From a virus (Duplodnaviria; Caudoviricetes): a stretch of DNA of 64,000 bases. The position numbers and the translations under genes were made by a program. Positions 30,638 through 40,330 of this stretch are shown here, in pieces (positions within the stretch are counted from its first letter, which is position 1; every line of letters begins with the position of its first letter). Below the pieces are notes generated by a model that was not told the origin of the DNA, made no database searches, and was given only the letters and a program-made list of their open reading frames with translations. The stretch covers positions 70,817 to 134,816 of IMG/VR virus record IMGVR_UViG_3300025676_000004, one strand, 5' to 3'.

Positions 30638-31768
30638 ATGAATATCTCAATGATTACAAAGTTTGGTATTGCTTCAGTTGTTGCAGGACTTGCAACAATG
30701 GCAAATGCTGATACCAACGCAGACCTTCAAGCAAGAATTGAACAGGCAGAAGCACGAATTGCTGAACTGACTGCATCAAATAGCGATAACTGGATGAACG
30801 ACCAACGAGCAGAAGAAACTCGTCAACTCGTTCACGATGTTCTTGCTGATGCAGACACACGGGCATCAATGCAGGGTGACGGTTCACCCGTCACTGTAAA
30901 TGTTCATGGTTTCGCACAATTCCGTTGGTCAATCAATGACACGAAGCAAGATGCTGTCACTGAAACTCACGGATTTAGTCTTCCTGCTGTTCGTCTTGAA
31001 TTCGATGGTGACATCTATGATTGGTCATATCGAGTTAGTGGACAATGGGATGATGGTGGTGCATTCACATTGAAGGATGCATACGCAGATTGGAATGGTT
31101 TCCGAGTTGGTCAATTCAAGAGTCCTTTTATGAAGGAATGGTTGACTTACCGTGCTGACACTTTGACAGCAGACCGTTCGATTGTTGCATACACATTTGG
31201 TCAGGGTAGAAGTCAAGGTATCCAATACGGATATGACTTCAGTTCTGGTCTAAAGTTCACTGCCGCATACACTGACGGATTCAATTCCGACAATGGTGCA
31301 GGTGTTCAAAATGGTTATGCACTTACTGGTCGTCTTGATTACGAAGGTGCTTGGTTCAACCTTGGCGCCGCAGTATCACACAACGACCTTGATGTGACGG
31401 ATTACAACACTTGGACTGTGGATGCTTCCACAAGTCTTAGAGGTTTTGATTTCACTAGTGCATATGTTGCACAGAGTGGAGATATTGGTTCTAACTGGGC
31501 AACAGTTTTGACTGCCGCTTACTCAATGGGTAAATGGCAACCATTCGTTCAGTACCAATATGGTGAATTAGAAGGTGTTACTGATAACCTCAGTATTGGC
31601 ACTTTCGGTGTAAACTATACAGTAAACGAGAATATTAAATGGACTACCGACCTTGGTTATTCATTCAATACAGTCGATGCAGGTTGGAACACGGATAACA
31701 CTGGATGGAATACATCGAGTGCAGAGGGCGAATACCTTCTCCGTACACAACTTCAGATTCGATTCTGA
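30638..31768 (+). CDS. Outer-membrane beta-barrel porin (OprO/OprP-like, Phycisphaerae type)
   Basis: Signal peptide, coiled coil ..QRAEETRQLVHDVLADADTRAS, DAY..W/GQFK.PF, amphipathic strands, C-terminal Phe. Confidence 0.82.
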   Translation: MNISMITKFGIASVVAGLATMANADTNADLQARIEQAEARIAELTASNSDNWMNDQRAEETRQLVHDVLADADTRASMQGDGSPVTVNVHGFAQFRWSINDTKQDAVTETHGFSLPAVRLEFDGDIYDWSYRVSGQWDDGGAFTLKDAYADWNGFRVGQFKSPFMKEWLTYRADTLTADRSIVAYTFGQGRSQGIQYGYDFSSGLKFTAAYTDGFNSDNGAGVQNGYALTGRLDYEGAWFNLGAAVSHNDLDVTDYNTWTVDASTSLRGFDFTSAYVAQSGDIGSNWATVLTAAYSMGKWQPFVQYQYGELEGVTDNLSIGTFGVNYTVNENIKWTTDLGYSFNTVDAGWNTDNTGWNTSSAEGEYLLRTQLQIRF

Positions 31769-31796
31769 TAACGAGATTCATTTCTCGACACTTTTC

Positions 31797-31831
31797 GCAA
31801 CCCCTTAGAGAAATCTGAGGGGTTGTTTTTT
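31797..31831 (+). terminator. Rho-independent terminator
   Basis: GCAACCCCTTAGA..TCTGAGGGGTTGT followed by a T run. Confidence 0.85.
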
Positions 31832-31875
31832 ATACATATAGTAGATTAATCTAAAAACTAACAAAGGAGTTTAAA

Positions 31876-32397
31876 ATGACACTACAAGATAGAATTTGGG
31901 CATCGAGAATTAACTTCTCTGCCGAAGAAATCCAAGAAGACCATATGATAGGAAAATCCGTTATCGTAGCGGGCGAAGCAGGAACAGTAACCAAAGAACT
32001 TGCTGCCGATGCCACAGGCGAAGTATATGAAGTTGAATTTGAAGACGGTTCAACTAAAGAAATTCCTGTAGGTAATATGGAACTCGCCACTGAAAGTTGC
32101 AATAATAATACCTGTAACGAGTCTGTTAAAGATTCGGATGAAGCAGGGACAGTTGAAAATGAACTTGAAGAAGGTGGCAAAGAAGAGTATGAAAAGTTCT
32201 TCAAATCTGCCCTTAAAAAGTTCGGTGTAGATTCACCGGCAGACCTAGAAGATGATAAGAAGAAAGAATTCTTTGACTATGTTGATAAGAATTGGAAGGG
32301 TGAAAAGAACGAATCTGTTACATTTACAGAAGCAGAACTTGCCCACTTTGAAAAAGTCAATAGTTCTGATGAACGAACAGACTCTGGTGGATTTTAA
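31876..32397 (+). CDS. Acidic T4-like head-associated hypothetical protein
   Basis: YEKFFKSALKKFGVDSPADL...KEFFDYVDKNW domain; late-like TACATATA upstream. Confidence 0.6.
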   Translation: MTLQDRIWASRINFSAEEIQEDHMIGKSVIVAGEAGTVTKELAADATGEVYEVEFEDGSTKEIPVGNMELATESCNNNTCNESVKDSDEAGTVENELEEGGKEEYEKFFKSALKKFGVDSPADLEDDKKKEFFDYVDKNWKGEKNESVTFTEAELAHFEKVNSSDERTDSGGF

Positions 32398-32503
32398 ACT
32401 TACATAACTAAACATAAACCCCTTGTAAGAATATACCAATAATTACTTGGGGTTTTTTGTTTTTTCAGTCTAATTTTTCAGCCGTTTTTTATACATATAA
32501 TAG

Positions 32504-33298
32504 ATGTTCAGAAAAATTAAATATGCCTTAGCAACTATATTATGTATTTTGAATGTGGGTTGTATAAACTCACAGACCGCAACATCTCTACCTCAACATT
32601 ATTTTTCCGATTTAGTAATCGAAGAACCAATTGAAGTCAATCCACTTGACATCTGGTTTCAACCAATCACAATAGAAAATGACCCGTATCCATCAGTGTG
32701 TAGTTTACATACGCACGATGGTTCTTTATTGGGCAGTGGTATACTTATCCGACCAAATGTCGTTCTAACGGCAGGTCATTGCATAGATGAGGACAATATC
32801 TACTCTATAATTATAGGTGAAGAGGAGATAATGGTAAAAGATATGATTCTTCACCCCCATTACAGCGACACATCTGGCCGGGTAAAAAACGATATTGGAT
32901 TGATAATCCTCGAATGTGATTCTATTTACGAACCTGCAACGATTGGGTGCGTAGATTGGATGGAGCGATATCAAGATATAACAACAGTTGGTTACTCGCA
33001 CGGTTATAAGAAGTTTAGTAGACTAAGTGTATTTCGATACTTTGGGACAGTATCATCTGAACCCAACTCTATGAAGTTCTTACCACGACCAATTCCAATT
33101 TGGTTTGGTGATTCGGGTGGTGGAGTGTTCGCAGAGTTTCAAGGTAGAAAATATGTTGTTGGTATCATTAGTTACTTTAAAATGATTAGAGTATTTGGCG
33201 GAGAAGAAATCGTATCAGAATGTTCGGCAGTGAACATTGCAAAGTATTTGAATTGGATAAATGAGGAAATTGAAATTGAAGGATTGGTTAAAGAATAG
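32504..33298 (+). CDS. Trypsin-like (S1) serine protease, exported
   Basis: TAGHC, DIGL, GDSGG triad; N-terminal signal peptide with Cys. Confidence 0.88.
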   Translation: MFRKIKYALATILCILNVGCINSQTATSLPQHYFSDLVIEEPIEVNPLDIWFQPITIENDPYPSVCSLHTHDGSLLGSGILIRPNVVLTAGHCIDEDNIYSIIIGEEEIMVKDMILHPHYSDTSGRVKNDIGLIILECDSIYEPATIGCVDWMERYQDITTVGYSHGYKKFSRLSVFRYFGTVSSEPNSMKFLPRPIPIWFGDSGGGVFAEFQGRKYVVGIISYFKMIRVFGGEEIVSECSAVNIAKYLNWINEEIEIEGLVKE

Positions 33299-33496
33299 AT
33301 TGAATTTATTAATGACACCCATAGGTGCCTGTGTTGGTGTTAGTGGTTTCTTCATTGGTATATTATTAGTAAAATTTATCGAAATATTAGGTAATCATTG
33401 ATGGAGTGGGATAAGGGATTAGAATTACTTCTCATTATCTCTTTGTATTTCCTTACCGAATGCATGGTGAAGAAAGATTCCGATGATAAATAGTAT

Positions 33497-33928
33497 ATGG
33501 AACATTATGGACACTGGAACAATTTACCCGATGACTTTAACCCAGACGATTGGTTTGGGTTTGTTTATTGTATTACTCGCAAAGACACCGAGAGAAAATA
33601 CATTGGTAAGAAACAAATTCATTCGTATCGCCGCAAGAAAGTCAAAGGCAGAAAGAACCGCAAGAAGGTAATCACCGAATCAAAGTGGCGTGAATACACT
33701 GGTTCTTGTGATAACCTAAACGAAGAAATAGAAACACTCGGAAAAGATAAGTTTGTCTTTGAGGTTTTACGATTGTGTAAGACCAAAGGACAACTTACTT
33801 TTTCTGAAGTGGAATTTCAAATCAAGTTAGATGTGCTTACTGCTAAATTGAAAAATGGCGAACGAGAATACTACAACGCAAATATTATGAATCGGTGGTA
33901 TTCTTCTTCGTTTGTCCAAGATACTTAA
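33497..33928 (+). CDS. GIY-YIG endonuclease
   Basis: GFVYCIT...KYIGKK, YTGS, YYN. Confidence 0.8.
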   Translation: MEHYGHWNNLPDDFNPDDWFGFVYCITRKDTERKYIGKKQIHSYRRKKVKGRKNRKKVITESKWREYTGSCDNLNEEIETLGKDKFVFEVLRLCKTKGQLTFSEVEFQIKLDVLTAKLKNGEREYYNANIMNRWYSSSFVQDT

Positions 33929-34814
33929 ATCCATTTTTGATTTTCACCTGAGCAACAATCTTCTTAGTCATAGGAGATTGTAATCTGCTGGCGAATCCAT
34001 CACGACCAAATATTTCTTTTCGTTCTTCGTCATTAAGATGGTCTTTCATCTCTTCAATAAGTTCGACAATCTCTACTAGTGCCTTTTCATTGTTCTTGCC
34101 GGTTAATAGCATATACGCAATAACACCCATCGTGATGATAAACCCACCAATCAATACAATCAATCCTACCTGTGCAATCTCTTCCATATAGTATTGTGAT
34201 GCAGTCGAGAATCCAACTGTGAGGACACCCACAGCAAGCAGGACAGCACCTAACCGTCCGTTCACCCAGAATGTAATGAATGCCCCTGCAACAAGCATAC
34301 CGAATCCTAAAGTAAAGAATAGAGTGATGTTTTCGTGTAGGTTCTCAATCGCCTCTTTGCGAATTTCCCTATCAGATTGTTCGTACTCTTTGACTAAATC
34401 TTCAAGGTCTTCTATCTGTCCCACTGCGGCGGATACTCTTGCATTGGCAGATTCCAAATCTTCTAATGCTTCTTCAATTCTGATGTTTTCTTTTTGTGCT
34501 TCATCAACAGATTCTTTGATTGCTTCTGCGGAATCTTCGATAGAATCTACAGTTGGGTCAATGTTATAATTTCGGTCATTGGGAATAACTGCAATTTCAT
34601 TTAGTATTGCATCTGCGTGACCATCAATAGTTTGCAAACCACCACCAATTTCATTAGTGGCATTTCCAATTTCTTCTGTTTGTTCTTTTTGTTCTCTTAG
34701 AGAATCGACAACGGTTGATGATGTGTTCTCTGGATTATTCACTTCCCATTGTTCAAATGCTTCACATCCGAATAAAGTTGATGTAAGTGCTACAATCATT
34801 ATTAAATTTTTCAT
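33885..34814 (-). CDS. Lipoprotein with long coiled coil and three C-terminal TM helices
   Basis: Lipobox LFGC, acidic heptad region, three hydrophobic segments. Confidence 0.75.
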   Translation of the reverse strand: MKNLIMIVALTSTLFGCEAFEQWEVNNPENTSSTVVDSLREQKEQTEEIGNATNEIGGGLQTIDGHADAILNEIAVIPNDRNYNIDPTVDSIEDSAEAIKESVDEAQKENIRIEEALEDLESANARVSAAVGQIEDLEDLVKEYEQSDREIRKEAIENLHENITLFFTLGFGMLVAGAFITFWVNGRLGAVLLAVGVLTVGFSTASQYYMEEIAQVGLIVLIGGFIITMGVIAYMLLTGKNNEKALVEIVELIEEMKDHLNDEERKEIFGRDGFASRLQSPMTKKIVAQVKIKNGFKYLGQTKKNTTDS

Positions 34815-34838
34815 ACTTTACCTTTCCCGAATAGGGTA

Positions 34839-35633
34839 TTATTTACTATCTCCATGAATTAAATATGACATTATACCTGTTGTCATATCTTGAACAACAA
34901 TAGGTTTGCCAGGATTCTTATGAGCATAAGAACGAATTTCCTGATTGTCAATATTTTCCATATTCATTCTCTTGTTCCATCTTTCATATCGTTGTCTGCC
35001 GTGCATACAATTATGATAGTCATCACTTGTCAATTCAAATACTTCTGCGCCTGCGAACTTCTTTCGTTTCTTTTTCATTAGGATAGCATCAGTACCTTGC
35101 ACATTACCTTCACCGCCCATATGGGGTGACATTCCACCACCCACTGAGTTCATTGGTGCAGATTCTTCAACAGATTCTGATGCAAAAGTCTTTAGAACAT
35201 CTCCAACCTTTGCATCTGGGTCAAGAACGATTGTACCATCTCGATGTCTTGAGATTTCTTTGTGTGCGTTTTGCTTTGTAAGATTTGCGGCAACAACTTT
35301 GCCCTTTTTATCTACGATTGCATATACATCTTTTCTTGCCTCTTGTACTTCTTCGCCTGGAGTTTCTTCACGATAGGTATCATCTAATTCATCTGTGCCT
35401 TCTTCGCCCGCACCGTGTTCTTCAACAATAAATGGTCTAATCATTGAATCGTGCATTTGCACTTGAGTTCCATCGTGAAATTTTACAGAATATACTGTAT
35501 CATATCTACTAATATCTCCGTGTGAGATTACTTTAACGACTCTGCCTCTTCTGTCGCCCATTTGAATTTGTTTGCCGAAAAGAACGGTTTCTATAATTGG
35601 CAATTCGTTTTTAAAATCATTGAAATTTTTCAT
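34839..35633 (-). CDS. Hypothetical T4-like virion-associated protein
   Basis: N-terminus MKNFNDFKNE; G.GEEGTDEL..TY...TPG motif. Confidence 0.65.
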   Translation of the reverse strand: MKNFNDFKNELPIIETVLFGKQIQMGDRRGRVVKVISHGDISRYDTVYSVKFHDGTQVQMHDSMIRPFIVEEHGAGEEGTDELDDTYREETPGEEVQEARKDVYAIVDKKGKVVAANLTKQNAHKEISRHRDGTIVLDPDAKVGDVLKTFASESVEESAPMNSVGGGMSPHMGGEGNVQGTDAILMKKKRKKFAGAEVFELTSDDYHNCMHGRQRYERWNKRMNMENIDNQEIRSYAHKNPGKPIVVQDMTTGIMSYLIHGDSK

Positions 35634-36175
35634 TGTTCTGCCCTTTCAATTTCTTCTTGAGAAAATACTTCTTCGCCCAAACGAAAAAGTGATATACCAA
35701 TAACAGTATCGAATATTTCTAAATTCTCTTTCAATGTAATCTGTCTACCATTTAGAATGTATGTGCCTCTTGGAATAGATAAATCAATTTTACTAAACGA
35801 TTCATTAATTCCATCTGTTTTTATGTCATTGTCTTCTAGGTAATTCAAGAAAACATCCTCAAGAATATTGGCATTTTCAACACCCATTTTCTTTGCTTCC
35901 TCTTTCAACAACCACAACGCCGCTGCCGCGCCACCGAGTCTGGTTTTACCGCCTGGAACTTTACTAACAAGTCGTTTTATATTAAAGATAACTTTGTGGA
36001 TGTTGGTGTACTTTGAACCTGCTCTGCGTGCCGCATCATCTGCTTCTTCAGTCTTGATTCGTTTCCCTTTTGCATCAATGATACCAAGTTTATAGGCCTC
36101 CGTTTTCTTCCACGGAGTTGCTAATAATTTTATAAACTTATATGCTAAGTATGTGTCTACTAATCCTAGTCCCAT
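35630..36175 (-). CDS. Conserved T4-like hypothetical protein
   Basis: YKFIKLLATPWKKTEAYKLGIID, AAALWLLKE. Confidence 0.75.
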   Translation of the reverse strand: MGLGLVDTYLAYKFIKLLATPWKKTEAYKLGIIDAKGKRIKTEEADDAARRAGSKYTNIHKVIFNIKRLVSKVPGGKTRLGGAAAALWLLKEEAKKMGVENANILEDVFLNYLEDNDIKTDGINESFSKIDLSIPRGTYILNGRQITLKENLEIFDTVIGISLFRLGEEVFSQEEIERAEQ

Positions 36176-36556
36176 TTAAATCTCTCTTAATATATTCATT
36201 GCATTTACTTCAAGTGGTATTGAAATTAAATCTGCTTCTGGTATATCCTTCTCTGGTAGATAATTCAAAAATACTAAAAAGGTTTTCAATATTGGATGAA
36301 AATCTTCTTCCGTTCTAAAGAACAATAATCTTGTTCCTGCTTCTAATCCAAACACATTATAAAAAATAATAATATGATTCAGAATTAATCTTTCTTTCAG
36401 TACACCACTAGAATCATATTTTTTGAATAGTCGCTTTAAGTATTTCGTTCTATTCAAATCGTCATTAAATTCTTCAATCCCTTCACATTGAGGGTTTGTG
36501 TAGTTATTCATTGCAAACATAATATAGTTTTCATTATTCAAGGTGTGTACCGCCAT
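36176..36556 (-). CDS. Conserved T4-like hypothetical protein
   Basis: YTNPQC, KYLKRL, ERLILNHIII.YNVFG. Confidence 0.8.
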   Translation of the reverse strand: MAVHTLNNENYIMFAMNNYTNPQCEGIEEFNDDLNRTKYLKRLFKKYDSSGVLKERLILNHIIIFYNVFGLEAGTRLLFFRTEEDFHPILKTFLVFLNYLPEKDIPEADLISIPLEVNAMNILREI

Positions 36557-36574
36557 TACAAAAATCTTCTTATT

Positions 36575-36862
36575 TCAATCGGCAGAGTTTCTGTTCCACT
36601 CTTGGTCGGCAATTTTCTCAAATTCTTGACGAGTTGTATTAGATACTGGTGTATCCCCCGCCGCATTTGTCATATGCTTATTGTATATCGTATTTCGTGT
36701 TTCGATAGTTTTAGCATTTGAACCTCTTGCTTCTGCACCTGCTGCCTTCGCCGCAGTCGATAAGTGTACCGGCATCTGTTCTGCATTCGCACGGTTTGTA
36801 TTCATCGTATCTCTAATACTATTTACTAAACTATCTGATTGGTCTGAAAATGGGTTGCTCAT
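36575..36862 (-). CDS. Hypothetical protein
   Basis: ORF with GGAG RBS. Confidence 0.6.
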   Translation of the reverse strand: MSNPFSDQSDSLVNSIRDTMNTNRANAEQMPVHLSTAAKAAGAEARGSNAKTIETRNTIYNKHMTNAAGDTPVSNTTRQEFEKIADQEWNRNSAD

Positions 36863-36875
36863 ATTTTATTCTCCG

Positions 36876-38906
36876 TTAGTCCCACAAGATTGCAAACTCA
36901 AAGTTCACATCTGCTTCTTGTAATTGTATCTGTTCTGCTAATGTAAATGTCTTTTGAACATTCACACTATAATTAAGTGTTTCAAGGAATCGTTTCCCTA
37001 TAAGCACCATATATGTATTATCATCACGGTCACTTAAATTGAATTTGACATCCTTATATTCTTTACCGCCAAACTTTACATCAAATTTGACGATATATCG
37101 TTTTTCCCATTGGTCTGAACCTATGTTAATTCGTTGAGTTTGAACAATGGGTTTCTTATATTTTTTACCAAGAATACTAAACGATACAGTTTTTCCATCT
37201 GACTTTACATTGTCAGAATGAATAGAATTTACTGAACCGTTTCCTGTATCTATTTTTGCTTTCAATTTACCAACACCGCCAATAGTAATCCATTCTACTA
37301 GGCCAATTTCTTTTGTAGTAAATTTCCAATTCTCTTTGTTTAAGATATGGTCCAGAATGATATTGATTAGATTGTCGCTGGATAATTCTCGTGTTGGATT
37401 ATATCCCATATAAGGAGCCGCACCAGAGCCAGGCGAACCATTCACTTCGAGAATATAATGAGTTCCCTTATTGGTGATATGGTCAACGCCAGCAAAATAA
37501 CAGCCTGACATTTTGTAGGCTTGCATTACGAGTTCTCGTTCGGCTTTGCTTAATTTGTATGGAGCCGTATCGCTACCTAATGCCTTGTTGGTTCGGAAGT
37601 CTTTGCCGCCTTTGATGCGTTTAACGGCTGCAATAATTTTACCGTCTAGTACAAGGGTACGGACATCGTGAGTAATCTTCATATACTCCTGAAGGATAAC
37701 CTCTGCATCTTGCTTCCAGAGAGTCTGTAGGACGCTCTTGAGGGACTCCTGAGACTCAATCTTCATCACTCCGATACCTTCAGCACCAGTTATTGTCTTG
37801 ACGATGACGGGGAATTTGCCGCCGATTTTATCCAATGCAATCTCAATCGAATCTTCGCCGTTTACAAAGGCTGTTCTTGGCGAAGAGATTTGATTTTGTT
37901 CGAGTGCGAGGGCAGTACTCATTTTGTTTTGGCAGAATTTCATAGACTCTAGGTCGTTCACTGTGAACATACCTGCTTCCTGAAGTACCTTCACCAAACC
38001 CATTCCTGCATTATCAACCAATGCACCACCACGAACCAAACAAACTGTGTTGTCAGTTTGTAGTGTAATGTTTTTGTTTTCGCCATTGTAGTTGTGGATG
38101 ACGAGTTTGTTGTCATCTAAATCTTTATCTACAATGAATGCGTGATTGGTGTGGACAGGGAAAAATGTAACGCCTCGTTTCTTACAGGTATCTGCAATTC
38201 GTTGAACCGTATCCGACATTTCATCAGAAGAGGTGGACTTTGTAATTGCGATAAGTGTTGGTAACTTCTTATCTTTGGATTCTTCCAATTTGATAAGTCG
38301 ATTCCAATCCTCTTCCAGTGATTCTTTTACCCCCATTGCTTTTCTCAATTTATTATACATCTGTTTTGCAACAGTTTTATTTCCAACACCCATTTCAAAA
38401 GAATCAAAATCACCTGTTGTTGCTGCCGCTCTCATCTTTGAAGCAGACATACCTTCAACACCATCAGCATCTGGGTCACGATGACCAGCACTTCTTACTT
38501 CAAAGTGGTCAAATTGATATCCTTCTGGTCCAACATATTTTGAAATGCTTTTTTCTAATTCTTCTACTCTATCTCCACCAACAACAAGAATGACTTTCTT
38601 GTAACCCTCATCACTTAATTTTTGCATCATTTCAAAGGGGTTTCTTATAGAACTATCATCTATAATATCGACACCACGAAACAATTTTCTCATAAAGGAA
38701 ATTTTGTCTTTTGGTGTAAGTGGATTCTTCTTTGGGTCGTTAGTTCTACTTGGATAGATACGAAGTTCTGCTCGTTCTTTACGAGCAATAGATACCACCG
38801 CATCAATCAGTTTCTTATGACCAATTGTGGGTGGTTGAAAACGACCGAAGGTTACAACGATTGCTTTCTCTTTTGCTTCGTTTAAAAAGTCAAAAACTTT
38901 TTTCAT
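36876..38906 (-). CDS. Three-domain fusion: HIGH-type nucleotidyltransferase + RimK-like ATP-grasp ligase + RimB-like aspartic protease
   Basis: FGRFQPPTIGH/SASKMR; PVIVK..G.EG.GV, LQEY, DVR, FRTN, EVNGSPG; KAKIDTG, LSDR, LIGKRFL. Confidence 0.85.
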   Translation of the reverse strand: MKKVFDFLNEAKEKAIVVTFGRFQPPTIGHKKLIDAVVSIARKERAELRIYPSRTNDPKKNPLTPKDKISFMRKLFRGVDIIDDSSIRNPFEMMQKLSDEGYKKVILVVGGDRVEELEKSISKYVGPEGYQFDHFEVRSAGHRDPDADGVEGMSASKMRAAATTGDFDSFEMGVGNKTVAKQMYNKLRKAMGVKESLEEDWNRLIKLEESKDKKLPTLIAITKSTSSDEMSDTVQRIADTCKKRGVTFFPVHTNHAFIVDKDLDDNKLVIHNYNGENKNITLQTDNTVCLVRGGALVDNAGMGLVKVLQEAGMFTVNDLESMKFCQNKMSTALALEQNQISSPRTAFVNGEDSIEIALDKIGGKFPVIVKTITGAEGIGVMKIESQESLKSVLQTLWKQDAEVILQEYMKITHDVRTLVLDGKIIAAVKRIKGGKDFRTNKALGSDTAPYKLSKAERELVMQAYKMSGCYFAGVDHITNKGTHYILEVNGSPGSGAAPYMGYNPTRELSSDNLINIILDHILNKENWKFTTKEIGLVEWITIGGVGKLKAKIDTGNGSVNSIHSDNVKSDGKTVSFSILGKKYKKPIVQTQRINIGSDQWEKRYIVKFDVKFGGKEYKDVKFNLSDRDDNTYMVLIGKRFLETLNYSVNVQKTFTLAEQIQLQEADVNFEFAILWD

Positions 38907-38909
38907 CTA

Positions 38910-39023
38910 TCATTGATTCCAAGGGAATTTTTGTTTAACCCAATTCCACATTGGGGTCCCAATAAATGCACCTGCAACAAATACAAGTGCCGTAAACCAA
39001 ACTGTTCCTATAATACTTTCCAT
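38910..39023 (-). CDS. Small membrane protein (37 aa)
   Basis: AGGAG RBS; MESIIGTVWFTALVFVAGAFIG. Confidence 0.65.
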   Translation of the reverse strand: MESIIGTVWFTALVFVAGAFIGTPMWNWVKQKFPWNQ

Positions 39024-39041
39024 AACTCTATCTCCTTTTAA

Positions 39042-40247
39042 TTATTTATCCCAATTTTTCGCCGCAGTAAAATTCTGCATCGAAAATTCTAATCTGTCTA
39101 CCAGTTTGAGTGCCGTGTTGCTTAATCTATCGACAGCGACAAACCCTTCTGGTGCAGTAACTTTAAATCCATCTCCTGTCTTGATAAAAGTTCCTATGTC
39201 TTTTACTTGTTCAAGTTTCCGTATGATGAAAGTTTTCGCCTTGGCCAGAGCAGAGTGTAAAGCGAAAACACTATTCAGATTTTTAGAGTTCTTTCGTAAA
39301 TACGAAAGTAGTTCATTTTTACCAAGTGTTTTATTCAGTTTACTTTTATCTGTTTGGAGCGAATCTATGGCTTTCTGCATCTTAGATTCAATATAAATTA
39401 TAAAATCTTCCGCAGAACCCGACTTATTGCCTCCCTGACGAATAAGTGCGTTACCATAGATTTTTAGTTCCGATACAATGTTACTCTTCCCTGCAATTTC
39501 ATCAATAAATTTGCTTGAAGATTTCAAGGATGATTTAGCATCATTGAGTATATTTGTAATTACTTCTGATTCGGTTTTCGTAAATGTTGATGTGCCTGAT
39601 GTGTCTTTAAAATCGGCATCCCTAAACCAAACATCCCTAGTTTTTGCAAGTCTACTTACTTGCGGATTAAACGATGCCTTTAAATCTTTAATTGTCTTGC
39701 CAGTATAATTGGTATGCCATACTACTCCTATCTTTGCTTTTTCAATTTCCTTTGCTGAATCCGAATCTGCGGGAACTGCATATGTAATCGTATTTGGTTG
39801 GAATGTGAGGTAATTTTCACCGTCAATATTTTGCGTTGATAAGTCTTCAGGTGTGAACATAATATCACCCTGAAGGATTCCTCTGATTCCTAACTTAGAA
39901 AGATGTTTTAGTGCGATTTTTAATTTAGTGACCAATCCACCTTCGTGGTTTTTATCAATGTCTGCGTTGGTGTAATTCACCTTCGGTGTAACATTGAATA
40001 GGGATTTGGTCGCCACAAAGAATTTTTTGGTTTCGGGATGAATACCTGCAAAAACAGCAGGTGCGCCATCCCATTTGACAGTCACATTTATTTTTGTTTT
40101 TGCGTGTCCAGATAACATTTCTGTTACGGACCCCATAAAATATAATGCTGTTTTTACACCATTAGAACCATCATTCCATACAGAATCTTCGATGTGTTCC
40201 ATATGGGTGTTTTTTGATTCAGGAATGTATTGTGTAAATTTTTTCAT
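39042..40247 (-). CDS. DUF6267-like protein with ligase-type KxDG motif
   Basis: KNTHMEHIED, TVKWDGAPA, QGD, PEGFV, LKLVDRLEFS. Confidence 0.78.
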   Translation of the reverse strand: MKKFTQYIPESKNTHMEHIEDSVWNDGSNGVKTALYFMGSVTEMLSGHAKTKINVTVKWDGAPAVFAGIHPETKKFFVATKSLFNVTPKVNYTNADIDKNHEGGLVTKLKIALKHLSKLGIRGILQGDIMFTPEDLSTQNIDGENYLTFQPNTITYAVPADSDSAKEIEKAKIGVVWHTNYTGKTIKDLKASFNPQVSRLAKTRDVWFRDADFKDTSGTSTFTKTESEVITNILNDAKSSLKSSSKFIDEIAGKSNIVSELKIYGNALIRQGGNKSGSAEDFIIYIESKMQKAIDSLQTDKSKLNKTLGKNELLSYLRKNSKNLNSVFALHSALAKAKTFIIRKLEQVKDIGTFIKTGDGFKVTAPEGFVAVDRLSNTALKLVDRLEFSMQNFTAAKNWDK

Positions 40248-40330
40248 ATCTATTATTTCTTCTCCGTTACTATGTAGGTATTTATACATATAGGGAATAA
40301 ACTATTACTCCAAAAAAGGAATAACATAAA

